A DNA stretch of 64,000 bases from an uncultured Anaerolineaceae bacterium. Its GTDB lineage: Bacteria > Planctomycetota > Phycisphaerae > FEN-1346 > JAACEH01. Each line of letters starts with the position of its first letter. Positions within the stretch are counted from its first letter, which is position 1. Positions 49,146 to 59,002 of the stretch are shown piece after piece. The notes under the pieces were generated by a model. It searched no databases. It was not told the DNA's origin and saw only the letters and a program-made list of their open reading frames with translations. The position numbers and the translations under genes were made by a program. The stretch lies in assembly GCA_964500225.1 (NCBI GenBank), contig CAZCOA010000001.1:15978-79977 (forward strand), written 5' to 3'.

Positions 49146-50468
49146 CTATGACACGGGGGTGTCGATGTCCGGGTGCCCGATACTGAAGTATGCGATGCCC
49201 TCGCGTCGCATCTCCTGCCTGTCATACAGGTTCCGCCCGTCGAAGATCGCCAGCCGCTTCATCCGCCTGCGAAGCTCGGCCGGATCCAGCGTGCGGAACT
49301 CGTTCCATTCGGTGACCACGGCCAAGGCGTCGGCGCCATTCAGTGCGTCAAGACTCCCCGTCGCGTAGCCAATCCGATCGCCATAGAGCTGCCGCAGCCG
49401 ATCCAATCCCAGCGGATCGTAGGCCCGGATCGTCGCTCCGGCCGCCAGCAACAGGTCGATGATCACCAGGGCCGGCGATTCGCGCAGGTCGTCGGTCTGC
49501 GGTTTAAACGTCACGCCCCACAGCGCGATCGTCCGCCCCCGGCACGAGCCGCCAAAGTACGCGATCAGCCGCTCCGCCAGTTGTCGCCGCTGAGCCACGT
49601 TGACCTCGTGGGTCGCCCGCAACATGCGGACCTCCACGCCGTGCGACTCGCCCAGGCGGATCATCGCCTGCACGTCCTTCGGGAAACACGAGCCGCCGTA
49701 GCCTACGCCCGGGAACAGGTGCGGAAAACCGATTCTGTGATCGAACCCCATCCCCATGCGGACTTCGCCGATGTCGGCCCCGAGAGCCCGTGACAGGTTC
49801 GCCATTTCATTCATGAAACTGATCCGCGAAGCCAACAGGCAGTTGGAGGCATACTTGGTCATCTCGGCCGATTCGCGGCTCATGACCAGAATCGGATGCA
49901 GCGTGCGTACGAACGGGGCATAGAGCTTGCGGAGCACGGACGCCGCCTCCTCGTGGGCCGCGCCGATGACAATCCGATCCGGGTAGTTGAAGTCGCGAAC
50001 CGCTACGCCCTCGCGCAGAAACTCCGGATTCGACGCCACCAGCACACGCCCCCCTGTTTGCTCGTCAAACAGGGCTTGCAGCGCCGCGCACGTGCCGATC
50101 GGCACCGTGCTCTTGACCACCACAATGCGCGGCGGCCGCTGCGACGAGGCGATCTCGCGGGCGACGCTCATCACGGCCGTCAGGTCCGCACCGCCGTCGT
50201 CCAGCGACGGCGTGCCTACGGCAATGAACACCAGCTCCGCCTCCGCCAGGCGACCCGACAACGTGTCATCGAACTCCAGTCGCCCCGCGCGAAGATTGCG
50301 GTCCAGAAGATCATTCAGCCCCGCCTCGTAGAACGGAGCCCTGCCGCGGCGAAGCTCCGCCAGACGAGCCGCATCCGTGTCAACGCAGACCACGTGGTGG
50401 CCCGTGTCGGCAAGGCACGCCCCAGTGACCAACCCGACATAACCGGCCCCCACGACAACGATCCTCAT
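49146..50468 (-). CDS. ugd: UDP-glucose 6-dehydrogenase
   Basis: N-terminal Rossmann fold MRIVVVGAGYVGLVTG plus the catalytic Cys region (GGSCFPKD). Confidence 0.85.
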   Translation of the reverse strand: MRIVVVGAGYVGLVTGACLADTGHHVVCVDTDAARLAELRRGRAPFYEAGLNDLLDRNLRAGRLEFDDTLSGRLAEAELVFIAVGTPSLDDGGADLTAVMSVAREIASSQRPPRIVVVKSTVPIGTCAALQALFDEQTGGRVLVASNPEFLREGVAVRDFNYPDRIVIGAAHEEAASVLRKLYAPFVRTLHPILVMSRESAEMTKYASNCLLASRISFMNEMANLSRALGADIGEVRMGMGFDHRIGFPHLFPGVGYGGSCFPKDVQAMIRLGESHGVEVRMLRATHEVNVAQRRQLAERLIAYFGGSCRGRTIALWGVTFKPQTDDLRESPALVIIDLLLAAGATIRAYDPLGLDRLRQLYGDRIGYATGSLDALNGADALAVVTEWNEFRTLDPAELRRRMKRLAIFDGRNLYDRQEMRREGIAYFSIGHPDIDTPVS

Positions 50469-50483
50469 CGCACCCTCCCACGC

Positions 50484-51365
50484 CTACCCGTCTTCGCCCG
50501 AGGTCATTTCCGCCAGATACACCGGCAACGATGTGCGGAACCCCGGCAGACAGTACCCTGTCAGTCTCTCCAGCCGCGAGCAGTCCAAGGCGCTCATGGC
50601 CGGTCGCCGCGCCGGTCGGCCGAGTTGCTCCGACGAGATCGGCTTCACCGCGACGTCGCACCGCCGCAGGCGGACAATCTCCCGAGCAAAGTCGAACCAC
50701 GACGTAGCTTCGCTGCCGCAGGCGTGGACCAGGCCGCGAGCCCCGCACGCCATCAGCCGCACGATCGCTTCGGCCAGGTCGCCCGTGTAGGTCGGGCACC
50801 CCACCTGGTCGTTCACCACGGTCAGCGGACGGCCGAGGGCGGCCTGGCGGCAAATGGACCGGACAAAGTTGCGGCCATGCGGACCGTAGAGCCATGCCGT
50901 CCGTATGATGAGGTGTTCCGGCGCGCGGGCCGCTTCGCGCTCGCCCAGCAGCTTGGACTCGCCATAGACGTTCAGCGGCTGCGGCGGATCGTCCTCGACA
51001 TAGGGCCCGACTCGATCACCGCCGAACACGAAATCCGTGGAAATCTGGATCAACAAGGCCCCTGCCGCCTCCGCCGCACGGGCCAGGTATCCCACGGCCG
51101 TGCCGTTGATCCGCATAGCCTCGTCGCGCCGCGACTGGCACTCGTCCACCTGAGTCAGGCCCGCGCAGTTGATGATCGCGCTGCAGCGCTGCCGCTCGAC
51201 CAGTTGCCGAACAGCCGCCTCGTCGGCGATATTCAACTCGTCCACGTCGGTCCAGATGACCGGCGCCGCGGGGCTACCAGGCTGGCTGAATCGTCGCCGC
51301 AGGGCCGCCGCCAACATCCCGTTGGCCCCGGTCACAAGAATCGGTCGCTCTGTCGGTATCGTCAT
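50484..51365 (-). CDS. rfbD: dTDP-4-dehydrorhamnose reductase
   Basis: ILVTGANGMLA Rossmann fold, YGESK catalytic motif. Start at MTIPTERP. Confidence 0.8.
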   Translation of the reverse strand: MTIPTERPILVTGANGMLAAALRRRFSQPGSPAAPVIWTDVDELNIADEAAVRQLVERQRCSAIINCAGLTQVDECQSRRDEAMRINGTAVGYLARAAEAAGALLIQISTDFVFGGDRVGPYVEDDPPQPLNVYGESKLLGEREAARAPEHLIIRTAWLYGPHGRNFVRSICRQAALGRPLTVVNDQVGCPTYTGDLAEAIVRLMACGARGLVHACGSEATSWFDFAREIVRLRRCDVAVKPISSEQLGRPARRPAMSALDCSRLERLTGYCLPGFRTSLPVYLAEMTSGEDG

Positions 51366-51526
51366 GTCGTTTCGCGTCGGTCTGGCAGCCCTCACAAGGC
51401 CGCCGGTGGCGGAGATTGGATCAGCGGACGCCGTGTCGCACGCGCCGCCCGGACATCGTTCATGGGATTTTACAGGGGAGACCTGTGCGGTCAAAGGTTT
51501 TCCAGGACCGAACGCCGCACAGAACA

Positions 51527-53215
51527 CTATCGACCCGCCGGACGATCGCCGACGATCTGCTGCAACCGCTGCCGCAACCACCGCGGATCAGGTCGCCCGA
51601 TCACCGTCAGGTGCGTGATGAACAGGTCCTCGCCGCCGGCCCGCACGGCCACTTGCAGCGCCTGGGGCGCGGCGGGGTCGTGCAGCGCTTTGAGCACGGC
51701 GTCGGGCGCGGCCGAATTAATCATATCTCGATCATCCAGCGACACCAAGGCTCGGTTGCCCTCCAAGCGACCGCCGAACCCGAACACCTGCCCCACGTTC
51801 GGCTCTGTCACCGTCTGATGCGTTCCACCATCGCCGAAACCCAACGACATCCGCAGAGACGGCCCAGGGCCGGTCCACGCCGCCATCGCCGTCACGGCAT
51901 CGAATCCGCCGGCAACCGCCGGTCGCAACTCCCATCCGACCTGCGTTCCGTCTCGCCGTTCCATGTTGGCCGTCAGCGCCACCTCCACATCGCCCACGAA
52001 CGCCGCACGCGATACGATGGAGCCCTGCCCGTTGCGGCATCGCAGTGCGTTGAGCATCAGCGCCCACCCCGCCCCCTCGACGCGCCAATCCTCCAATTCG
52101 CGGCTACTGACGAAATCGTAGTCCAGCCGAAGGCGACCCTGCTGCTGCGGCGTCACCTTGGCGGTAAACAGCTCCGCCCAGTGCTCCGACGCCACGCGCA
52201 ACACGCGCTCGTCCGGCAGCCGCCAGAGCACGTACTCCTCGGCGCGGACCGTTACCGGAACCGGCCTGGTCCCGCGAGGATCGTACCGCACCTGTTCATT
52301 CGCCCGGACCACCACCGGCGTCGGATCGCCCGCCACAGTCAGCGTCACCTCGCCCGAAACGACCGTCAATCGCAACTGGCTCGGCATCGCCGGCTCGCCA
52401 AGCACCTGGGCCGTGGCCGCTGCCAGCACCAACGGCCCGCCACGCCGCAGACGCCCGCCCGCCAGGCTCCCCGCCGCCAGGTGCACATCGAACTCCGCCG
52501 CCGTCGCCTCGATGCGAGCGACCGACGTGTCGAGCACCATACGGCCAACGCCGCCCGGCGATCCCCGCGACACGAATACCTGTCCCTGGTCCAGCCGGCA
52601 AACGGTCTCGACCGCGTCGCTCCGCTCAATCACCAGCGCGGCCCCCTCGTTCACGTCCATCGACCCGCCGCCGATCATCGCCAGCGTGAGCATCGCCCCC
52701 CGACCGGTCCGAATCCGCTGACCCACGTGCACGGTCTGTTGCCCGGAGAGCCGCGAACCCCCGTTGCGACCGACGGTCACGGATCCGCGTACGGCCACAG
52801 CCCTTGCCACCGCCGGCCCCCGGGTCAACGAAACCGACCGCACGGCCAGGAGTCCCGCGGCCGCCACGACCGCCAGCACCGCCGCCGCAGCCAGCGCCCG
52901 GCGAACCTCCGGACGGTTCCAGATCCGCACCGCCACGCCCACGCGCCGGGTCTCGATCCCGGCCTCAGCCTCGTCGGCGAGCATCCGCCGCACGCCGTCC
53001 AGAATCTGCCGACAATCGGCCTCAGACACATCCGGCGTTCGCATCGCCTCGGACTGCCGCAGGGCCGCCTCCAGCAATGCCAACCGGGCTGCCGCCTCAC
53101 GGCACGAGGCACACGCCTCCAGATGCCGGCGCAGAGTCTCCGCGGCCGCCGCATCCAGCCGTCCACCCGCCAGATCGGCCAGTTCCTCAAGAGAATGTGC
53201 ACTGCACGGCTTCAT
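51527..53215 (-). CDS. Anti-sigma factor, zf-HC2 + TM + FecR-like periplasmic domain (orphan, no adjacent sigma)
   Basis: HLEACASC motif, TM helix, FecR-like beta domain. Confidence 0.7.
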   Translation of the reverse strand: MKPCSAHSLEELADLAGGRLDAAAAETLRRHLEACASCREAAARLALLEAALRQSEAMRTPDVSEADCRQILDGVRRMLADEAEAGIETRRVGVAVRIWNRPEVRRALAAAAVLAVVAAAGLLAVRSVSLTRGPAVARAVAVRGSVTVGRNGGSRLSGQQTVHVGQRIRTGRGAMLTLAMIGGGSMDVNEGAALVIERSDAVETVCRLDQGQVFVSRGSPGGVGRMVLDTSVARIEATAAEFDVHLAAGSLAGGRLRRGGPLVLAAATAQVLGEPAMPSQLRLTVVSGEVTLTVAGDPTPVVVRANEQVRYDPRGTRPVPVTVRAEEYVLWRLPDERVLRVASEHWAELFTAKVTPQQQGRLRLDYDFVSSRELEDWRVEGAGWALMLNALRCRNGQGSIVSRAAFVGDVEVALTANMERRDGTQVGWELRPAVAGGFDAVTAMAAWTGPGPSLRMSLGFGDGGTHQTVTEPNVGQVFGFGGRLEGNRALVSLDDRDMINSAAPDAVLKALHDPAAPQALQVAVRAGGEDLFITHLTVIGRPDPRWLRQRLQQIVGDRPAGR

Positions 53216-53406
53216 GACCGTTATGTCTCGATGTCCAAAGGGCTACAGTTTCCCGGTCGCGGCCCACCACGAGCCGCCCTGACGTGACGCCCGACTTGCC
53301 GCCGTCTACGGTTCAAACAGACGCCATGACGAAAAGCTCTGGAAATTCCGCCCTCCTCCAAACCTGATACACGGAACCGGGTTACGTGCCGTCCGTGCTT
53401 TTTCTT

Positions 53407-53435
53407 TTGACTCGTACACGACAGACGCCTATATT
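53407..53435 (+). promoter_or_regulatory. sigma70-like promoter TTGACT-N17-TATATT
   Basis: Near-consensus -35/-10 with a 17-nt spacer. Predicted TSS around 53442, immediately 5' of the riboswitch. Confidence 0.5.
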
Positions 53436-53441
53436 TGAGTC

Positions 53442-53719
53442 GTTGCAGGTCTCCCGCCCGTGAACCGGCGGGAGCTATGAGGGAAGGCCGTGAGAACCGG
53501 CCGCGGACGCGCCGCTGTAACCGGCGACAACCGTTGCACATGCCACTGTCGGAGCCGAGCATCGCACCGATGGGAAGGCGCAGCGGAAGGATGACCCGGG
53601 AGCCAGAATACCTGCCTGCAATCGACCTGGAAAGGGCCATCGCGAGTCGTGGACCTCCGGAAAGCACAGGGAGATCCTGCGCCCCGGAACCGCGACAGCG
53701 GGCCGGGGTTCGGTTTTTT
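53442..53719 (+). promoter_or_regulatory. Cobalamin (AdoCbl) riboswitch with terminator expression platform
   Basis: - AGGGAAGG at 53480
- GUGAGAACCGG (compare GGUGAAAAUCCGG)
- GCCACUG at 53542-53548
- GGGAAGGCG
- B12 box GAGCCAGAAUACCUGCC at 53600-53616 (matches rAGYCMGgAgaCCkGCcd at all conserved positions)
- GC-rich hairpin plus U-tract at 53682-53719

Consensus recalled from memory, not searched. Confidence 0.75.
53682..53719 (+). terminator. Intrinsic terminator (riboswitch OFF-state)
   Basis: ccccgg-aa-ccgc-gaca-gcgg-g-ccgggg followed by UUCGGUUUUUU. Confidence 0.65.
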
Positions 53720-54301
53720 CGGGGCCTCTCGCGACATGGAGGCGCCCGGGATACCCGCCCTGAGTCTGCGCCCGCCGTTGCTCCTTCCAGAAGCGTAAGT
53801 CCGTCCGCCGCGCGGCCTCATGCGCCGTCACAACACGGCGGGCCGGACGACCTCGCAAGACAGGGAGTAGGAGGTTGGGTTGCCGCGTGTCGCCGCTTGG
53901 CCGCGGCGAACTGTGAATGAGAAACAAACAAATGAGGCGCCGGCGATTGCAGCGCCGACGCCCTTGCATGGGAAACTGGCCGGTTCCGCCATGCGCCGGA
54001 AGTATACCTTGCTTGCCGTCCAATGCAAGCGATCCGCACAGGATCTCCCCTCCGCAAGGGCACGCCTCGAATCAACCCATGCCGCTCACGCTGCGCGCCC
54101 GGTCGTCCAGGTGTCCCGAACGGAACCGACACCGGACCGCAACCCGCGCCGGCGGCCGGAAGGAGGTGATTGTCAGAGCCTCTTGAATCGAGGAACCCGA
54201 CCGCGCGTCGCGGTCGGAGCATTCGCTTGTGGCTCGCAGTAGCCGCAGAGTCTGTGGAGCACAATCAACAAGGATTTGCCAGGGGAGTAGGGAGAGATCC
54301 A

Positions 54302-55702
54302 ATGAAAAGCAACAATGGAAAAAGCATCACTCGTTCTGTCTGGCGGACAAGCCTGTGGACGCTGGGGCTGGCCATCGCACTGGCCGGCACGGCCATGGCC
54401 CAGGTCGATAACACATGGACGCAGTACCACCAGGGTCCGGGCTTTACGGGACAATCGGCCTCGGGCCCCGACCTGCGGATCTACACCACGGCCCGGTTCG
54501 TCGTCGGCACAGGCCTTGGGGCCGGGTTCATGGGCGCCAGCGTCTCGTCGCCGGTCGTCATGAACAACCAGGTCTACTGCTACGACGCCGAGGGCGGCCT
54601 GTTCGCCTTCAGCGAGATCGACGGCGCTGCCCTGTGGTCGGCTGTCGTGGCCGAGGCATCGTTCGGCTCGTGGTCCTCGCCGTCGGCCGACGTGGCGAGC
54701 CGCTCGGTCTACATAGGGTCCGGCGAATACGTCTACCGGTTCGACGCCGACACCGGACAGGCCGTCTGGAGCCAGCCGTACCACCTCACCACCACCAGTA
54801 CCCATGGAGAGACTTACGCGACCGTGGTCAACGCGGCGCCGACGATCCTCCCCGGCCTGGGCACGAACGGCCAGGGGCTGGTCCTTCAGCATACGTACGG
54901 CAGTTTCGGCGGAGGCACGCGGTTGCACGCCATCAACGTCGCCGACGGCTCCCAGGCCTGGACTCTGGACCTCACGGGTCAGGGACAGGGCGAGGTGGCC
55001 TACAACCCCGGTGACGGACTCCTTTACACGACCATCGGCACCGAGGGCGGATGGGCCGCAGGCCGAGGCGGCATTGTCGCCATCAACCCCGCCAACGGCG
55101 AGATCGTCTGGACGTCGCAGGGCTCGTTCGAGCCGCTCAGCTTCGGCGGCATCGCCTACGACGCCGCCAACAACCGCGTCATCGCCGGCGGCTACGACTT
55201 CTATGGCTACGCCGGTATGCTCGTCGTGGACGGAACCACCGGCGCCACCGTCTCCTACACCGGTGACGACATGGCCCTATCGGGCGACTACCGGCCCACC
55301 GTCGGGACGAACGGCCTCATCTATATAGCTGGTGCCGAGTTTCAGGACGGTCCTTTCATCGCCGCATACGACGCAGCGACCGGCCTGGAGGTTTGGCGAA
55401 GCGAGCAGGGCTGGGGCGGCTGGAACCAGTCGCTCGCCTATGCCCTTGACATCGGCGACGGCACCGATGTGGTCTACGCCTGCGACCAGTACGGCACGAA
55501 ACTCGGCATGTTCGATGCCGATACCGGCCTGCTGCTAGCCGAAATCCCCTACGGCGGCGTGCCGACGCTAGCCAACGGCAACCTGTACTTCATCGCCGAC
55601 GGCCGGTTGATGGCCTTCGGTCCGAACGTCGTCCCGGAACCGGCCACGATGGGGCTTCTCGGCCTCGGATTGGCCTGGTGCCTGCGGCAACGGAAACGCT
55701 GA
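54302..55702 (+). CDS. Secreted PQQ-like beta-propeller repeat protein with C-terminal PEP-CTERM sorting signal
   Basis: Start at MKSNNGK (GGGAGA RBS) with Sec signal peptide. Repeated G..YA.D..TG..W propeller blades. C-terminus VPEPATMGLLGLGLAWCLRQRKR. The upstream in-frame TTG 54170 is rejected because it would bury the signal peptide. Confidence 0.8.
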   Translation: MKSNNGKSITRSVWRTSLWTLGLAIALAGTAMAQVDNTWTQYHQGPGFTGQSASGPDLRIYTTARFVVGTGLGAGFMGASVSSPVVMNNQVYCYDAEGGLFAFSEIDGAALWSAVVAEASFGSWSSPSADVASRSVYIGSGEYVYRFDADTGQAVWSQPYHLTTTSTHGETYATVVNAAPTILPGLGTNGQGLVLQHTYGSFGGGTRLHAINVADGSQAWTLDLTGQGQGEVAYNPGDGLLYTTIGTEGGWAAGRGGIVAINPANGEIVWTSQGSFEPLSFGGIAYDAANNRVIAGGYDFYGYAGMLVVDGTTGATVSYTGDDMALSGDYRPTVGTNGLIYIAGAEFQDGPFIAAYDAATGLEVWRSEQGWGGWNQSLAYALDIGDGTDVVYACDQYGTKLGMFDADTGLLLAEIPYGGVPTLANGNLYFIADGRLMAFGPNVVPEPATMGLLGLGLAWCLRQRKR

Positions 55703-55801
55703 GTGGTCCCCCAGGGGAAGCCGAACCACGTTCACCGGGGCGGTTTTCCACGTCTCTACAGAAAAACGATTGACATTCACATCTGACCAATGGAGGTTTT
55801 T

Positions 55802-56815
55802 ATGCTATCCGTGAGAAATATCGTACATGCGGCAGCCGCCGTGGCGGTCGCGTTCCTGGTCGCCGGCAACGTGTCGGCCGACTACACCTACAACCCCAGC
55901 GACTTCGCCACCGAGGTCGTCGAGTACGTCCAAGGAACCGGCGTCGGCAAAGACTGGATCAGCGGACAGACCTTCAACAACCCGTCGTCGGCCCTTGGCC
56001 GACCCACCGTCGATACCACCGGCGACGGTTGGTACATCAACCTGACCATGCCATCGCCGGTCGTCCCCGTCTATCCGGCGTTCCGGTCCTATGAGCTGGT
56101 CACCATCGGCAACGGCGGCAGCCTCACCGTCAAGTTCGACCATCGCGTCGAGAACGACCCGCTGAACCCGTATGGACTGGATTTCATTATCTTCGGCAAT
56201 GCCTTCCAGGTCATCGGAGGCGGACAGGGTTGGACCAACGGCAATCCCAATTCGGTCCACACCGGGGGCACCGGCTTTTTCGAGCCCGGCACCGTGTCGG
56301 TCAGCCAGGACGGCATCACCTGGTACACGTTCACGTCCGGCCCCTGGGCCGACGACTTCGCTCCGACGCTCGGCCGGCAATACGATCCCGACGCCCCCTA
56401 CCGCCCCGAAGACCCGGAGAATCCGGGCCAGGTCGATCCGGCGTGGGCGTGGAACCTCTGGTGGGGCGCGCCGACGAACCCCACCGTCCCCGTCAATCCC
56501 GCGTTGACGTGGTCCAGCTTCAATGGCTGCAGTGTGGCCGAGATCGCCGAGGCCTACCGCTACGTGGACGAGGCAGCCGGCTTCAACGAAGTCTCCGCCG
56601 GCGGCACAGGCTTCGACCTGGACTGGCTCGGCGTGGACGGGCTGGACTGGATCCAGTACATCCGCGTCACCAACCGGCCCGGTAGCAGCACCACCGTTGA
56701 GATCGACGCCTTCGCCGACGTGGCGCCCGTGCCCGAACCGGCTTCCATGGCCCTACTGGGCCTGGGGCTCGGGGCCATGCTGAAGCGACGCAGCCATAAC
56801 CGATCCCACACGTAG
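55802..56815 (+). CDS. PEP-CTERM sorting-domain protein (unknown beta-rich ectodomain)
   Basis: GGAGG RBS. N-terminal signal/anchor. C-terminus VPEPASMALLGLGLGAMLKRR. Confidence 0.75.
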   Translation: MLSVRNIVHAAAAVAVAFLVAGNVSADYTYNPSDFATEVVEYVQGTGVGKDWISGQTFNNPSSALGRPTVDTTGDGWYINLTMPSPVVPVYPAFRSYELVTIGNGGSLTVKFDHRVENDPLNPYGLDFIIFGNAFQVIGGGQGWTNGNPNSVHTGGTGFFEPGTVSVSQDGITWYTFTSGPWADDFAPTLGRQYDPDAPYRPEDPENPGQVDPAWAWNLWWGAPTNPTVPVNPALTWSSFNGCSVAEIAEAYRYVDEAAGFNEVSAGGTGFDLDWLGVDGLDWIQYIRVTNRPGSSTTVEIDAFADVAPVPEPASMALLGLGLGAMLKRRSHNRSHT

Positions 56816-56869
56816 GTTCATCCTCATGGCGGGAGGCCGACCCCAAGACCGGGGCGGTCTCCCGCCGAT

Positions 56870-57706
56870 TTGCCAGGAATGACCGTGATGGAACCCAACC
56901 CCATCGCCGCCCCCGCAACCCCGGACGCCGAGACCCTCTGCTCCGCCCTGGGCCACAATGCGTTCACCCTGATCGAACTGCTCATCGCCGTGGCCATCAT
57001 CGGCCTGCTCATGGCGGTCCTGCTGCCGATGCTCGGCGCTGCCGTCGAGCACGCCCGATGCACCCAGTGTTGCAACAACCTGCGCCAGATGGCCACCGCC
57101 ATGCAGTTGTACCTGAAGGAAAACAAGGGTTTCTTCCCCCCGGCCTACCAGGTGCAGATGACCGGTGGCGTGTTCCGTTCCGTGGCCTGGGACTTTATCA
57201 GCATCAAGGACTGGGCCCACGGCGGCAAGGAATCCGTCGGCGTCGGCCTGCTGTGGCAGGGGCGCCTGACCGAACCTTGCGAGGTCCACCAGTGCCCGTC
57301 GTTCGACGGGGCCCACAACTGGTTCTCCGACCCCTTCACCGGATACAACTACAACACCGATTACCTCGGATCGCCCGCCTGTCGCGTCAATCTCTCACGC
57401 GTGCGCCATCCGGCCCGATGCGCCATGTTCGGCGACGCCGGCTACGCCTCCGGCTCCAACAAGTTCATGCGCGCCCCGTTCCCCCCGCCGGACAAGTACG
57501 ATGACGGCCTCTCCCCGGCAGGCCGAGCCGCCGGCACCCAGGCCTTCAGGCATCTCGGCCGGACCAACGTCGCCTTCGTGGACGGACACGTGGAATCTCT
57601 CGATCAGATCTACACCAACACCGACCCGGCCGCAGCCGGCAACATCGCCCCAGGAACCGGCTTCCTCTCTCCCGACAACAGCCTGTATTCCCTCAGCGGC
57701 CACTGA
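56870..57706 (+). CDS. DUF1559 prepilin-like protein with N-terminal cleavage/methylation domain and H-X9-DG motif
   Basis: GHNAFTLIELLIAVAIIGLL pilin N-terminus. C-terminal FVDGHVESLD. Confidence 0.8.
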   Translation: MPGMTVMEPNPIAAPATPDAETLCSALGHNAFTLIELLIAVAIIGLLMAVLLPMLGAAVEHARCTQCCNNLRQMATAMQLYLKENKGFFPPAYQVQMTGGVFRSVAWDFISIKDWAHGGKESVGVGLLWQGRLTEPCEVHQCPSFDGAHNWFSDPFTGYNYNTDYLGSPACRVNLSRVRHPARCAMFGDAGYASGSNKFMRAPFPPPDKYDDGLSPAGRAAGTQAFRHLGRTNVAFVDGHVESLDQIYTNTDPAAAGNIAPGTGFLSPDNSLYSLSGH

Positions 57707-57880
57707 TCTCCCACAGCGACACCCGCCGACGGCCGCAACGCAAGAGTCTTTGACAAGCCCCCCGCCGGCGACTATACTTCTGCACTTGTCCTGCCCAAGG
57801 CCAGCCTTCGGCCGGACACACGGCTGCGATGTCGGCGGCCGAGCGGCAGCACGCAGCTACGATTCTGGGAGCACGTCCTC

Positions 57881-58945
57881 ATGAGTGATGACATTATGGT
57901 CGAACAGGTCCGCGCCGCCGCGGAGGCCATGGCGATGCCGCAGGGATACCGGTTCGACTCCACGGCCGTTCTGGACGAGGCCGCTGTCCTGCCATTGACC
58001 CATCTGCGGGCCACCGACGGTGAATTCTTCGCCAAGGCTCTGGCCGAACGGCCCCGACGCCCGCAGCTCAGCAAGGACGGACGCCTGGTGATCCTGGCCG
58101 CCGACCATCCTGCGCGCGGCGTGCCCGGCGCCGGCCCCGACCCCGTCGGCATGGCCAACCGCGCCGACTACCTGGCCCGCATCGTCCGCGTCCTCGACGC
58201 CAGTCCCGTGGACGGCCTCATGGCTACCCCCGACATTATCGACGACATCGTGGCCCTGGACGCCCTCCAGCGCAGCCGCGGCGGCAAGGGATTCCTCGGC
58301 CAGCGCGTCCTCATCGGGTCCATGAACCGCTCCGGCCTCAACGGGGCTCGCCACGAGCTGTGGGATATGCCCACCTGCTACCTCAGCGCCGCCGACCTGC
58401 TGGCCGCTCACCTCGACGGCGGCAAGGTCATGTGGCGCTACACCGCCCAGGGCGACGCCAATCGCGACTGTCTGGAATCCATGGTCGCCCTCGCCGAACT
58501 GCTGGCCGACGTGGCCGAGGCCGGGCTGCCGATGTTCCTGGAACCCCTGGTCGTCGAGAACCGCTTCGAGAAGTGGCTCCTCTCGAAAGACGAGATCGAG
58601 TGGATCCGCCTGATCGGCATCGCTTCGGCGCTGGGCCCGAGCACGGCGCGGCTCTGGCTGAAGATTCCCATGGTGCGGCCGTTCTCGCGGATCGTTCGTG
58701 CCACGACGCTCCCGATCCTGATGCTCGGCGGGCCGGCCACCGGCATCCCCGCCACGATTCTGGTGGATTTTGCCGAAGGCATGACCACCGCGCCCAACGT
58801 TTACGGCGCCCTGGTCGGTCGCAACGTCCTCTATCCGGGGCCCGACGATCCGGCCATCATTGCCCGAGCCGTCTGCCACATTGTCCACGATCAACAAGGC
58901 GCCGAAGCCGCCGCCGCCGAAGCCGCCAGGGCCGGACGACTCTGA
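57881..58945 (+). CDS. TIM-barrel aldolase-like protein (DeoC/FbaB-type class I aldolase family)
   Basis: Fold-level resemblance only. Family call uncertain. Confidence 0.45.
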   Translation: MSDDIMVEQVRAAAEAMAMPQGYRFDSTAVLDEAAVLPLTHLRATDGEFFAKALAERPRRPQLSKDGRLVILAADHPARGVPGAGPDPVGMANRADYLARIVRVLDASPVDGLMATPDIIDDIVALDALQRSRGGKGFLGQRVLIGSMNRSGLNGARHELWDMPTCYLSAADLLAAHLDGGKVMWRYTAQGDANRDCLESMVALAELLADVAEAGLPMFLEPLVVENRFEKWLLSKDEIEWIRLIGIASALGPSTARLWLKIPMVRPFSRIVRATTLPILMLGGPATGIPATILVDFAEGMTTAPNVYGALVGRNVLYPGPDDPAIIARAVCHIVHDQQGAEAAAAEAARAGRL

Positions 58946-59002
58946 AACACAGAGCCTCGCTTGCAAAGGGGGGATGGCCGACAGCGACGCCTCCCGCGCG
59001 GT

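Noticed and set aside
53442-53719. Considered SRP RNA, RNase P RNA, 6S RNA and tmRNA for this promoter-to-terminator RNA.
   Set aside because: The conserved cores (SRP helix-8 GGAA tetraloop context, RNase P P4 motifs, tmRNA tRNA-like ends) are absent. The B12 box and GCCACUG fit a cobalamin riboswitch instead.
53880-54242. 120-aa ORF with AGGAGG RBS in the riboswitch leader.
   Set aside because: Third-codon-position composition is atypical for this genome (AAA/CAA/ACA/AAT run). The sequence is low-complexity and no domain is recognisable.
54170-54301. In-frame TTG start with a perfect AGGAGGTGA motif, extending the PQQ propeller protein by 44 aa.
   Set aside because: It would place the Sec signal peptide internally. 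The SD-to-start spacing is only 3 nt. ATG 54302 has its own purine-rich RBS.
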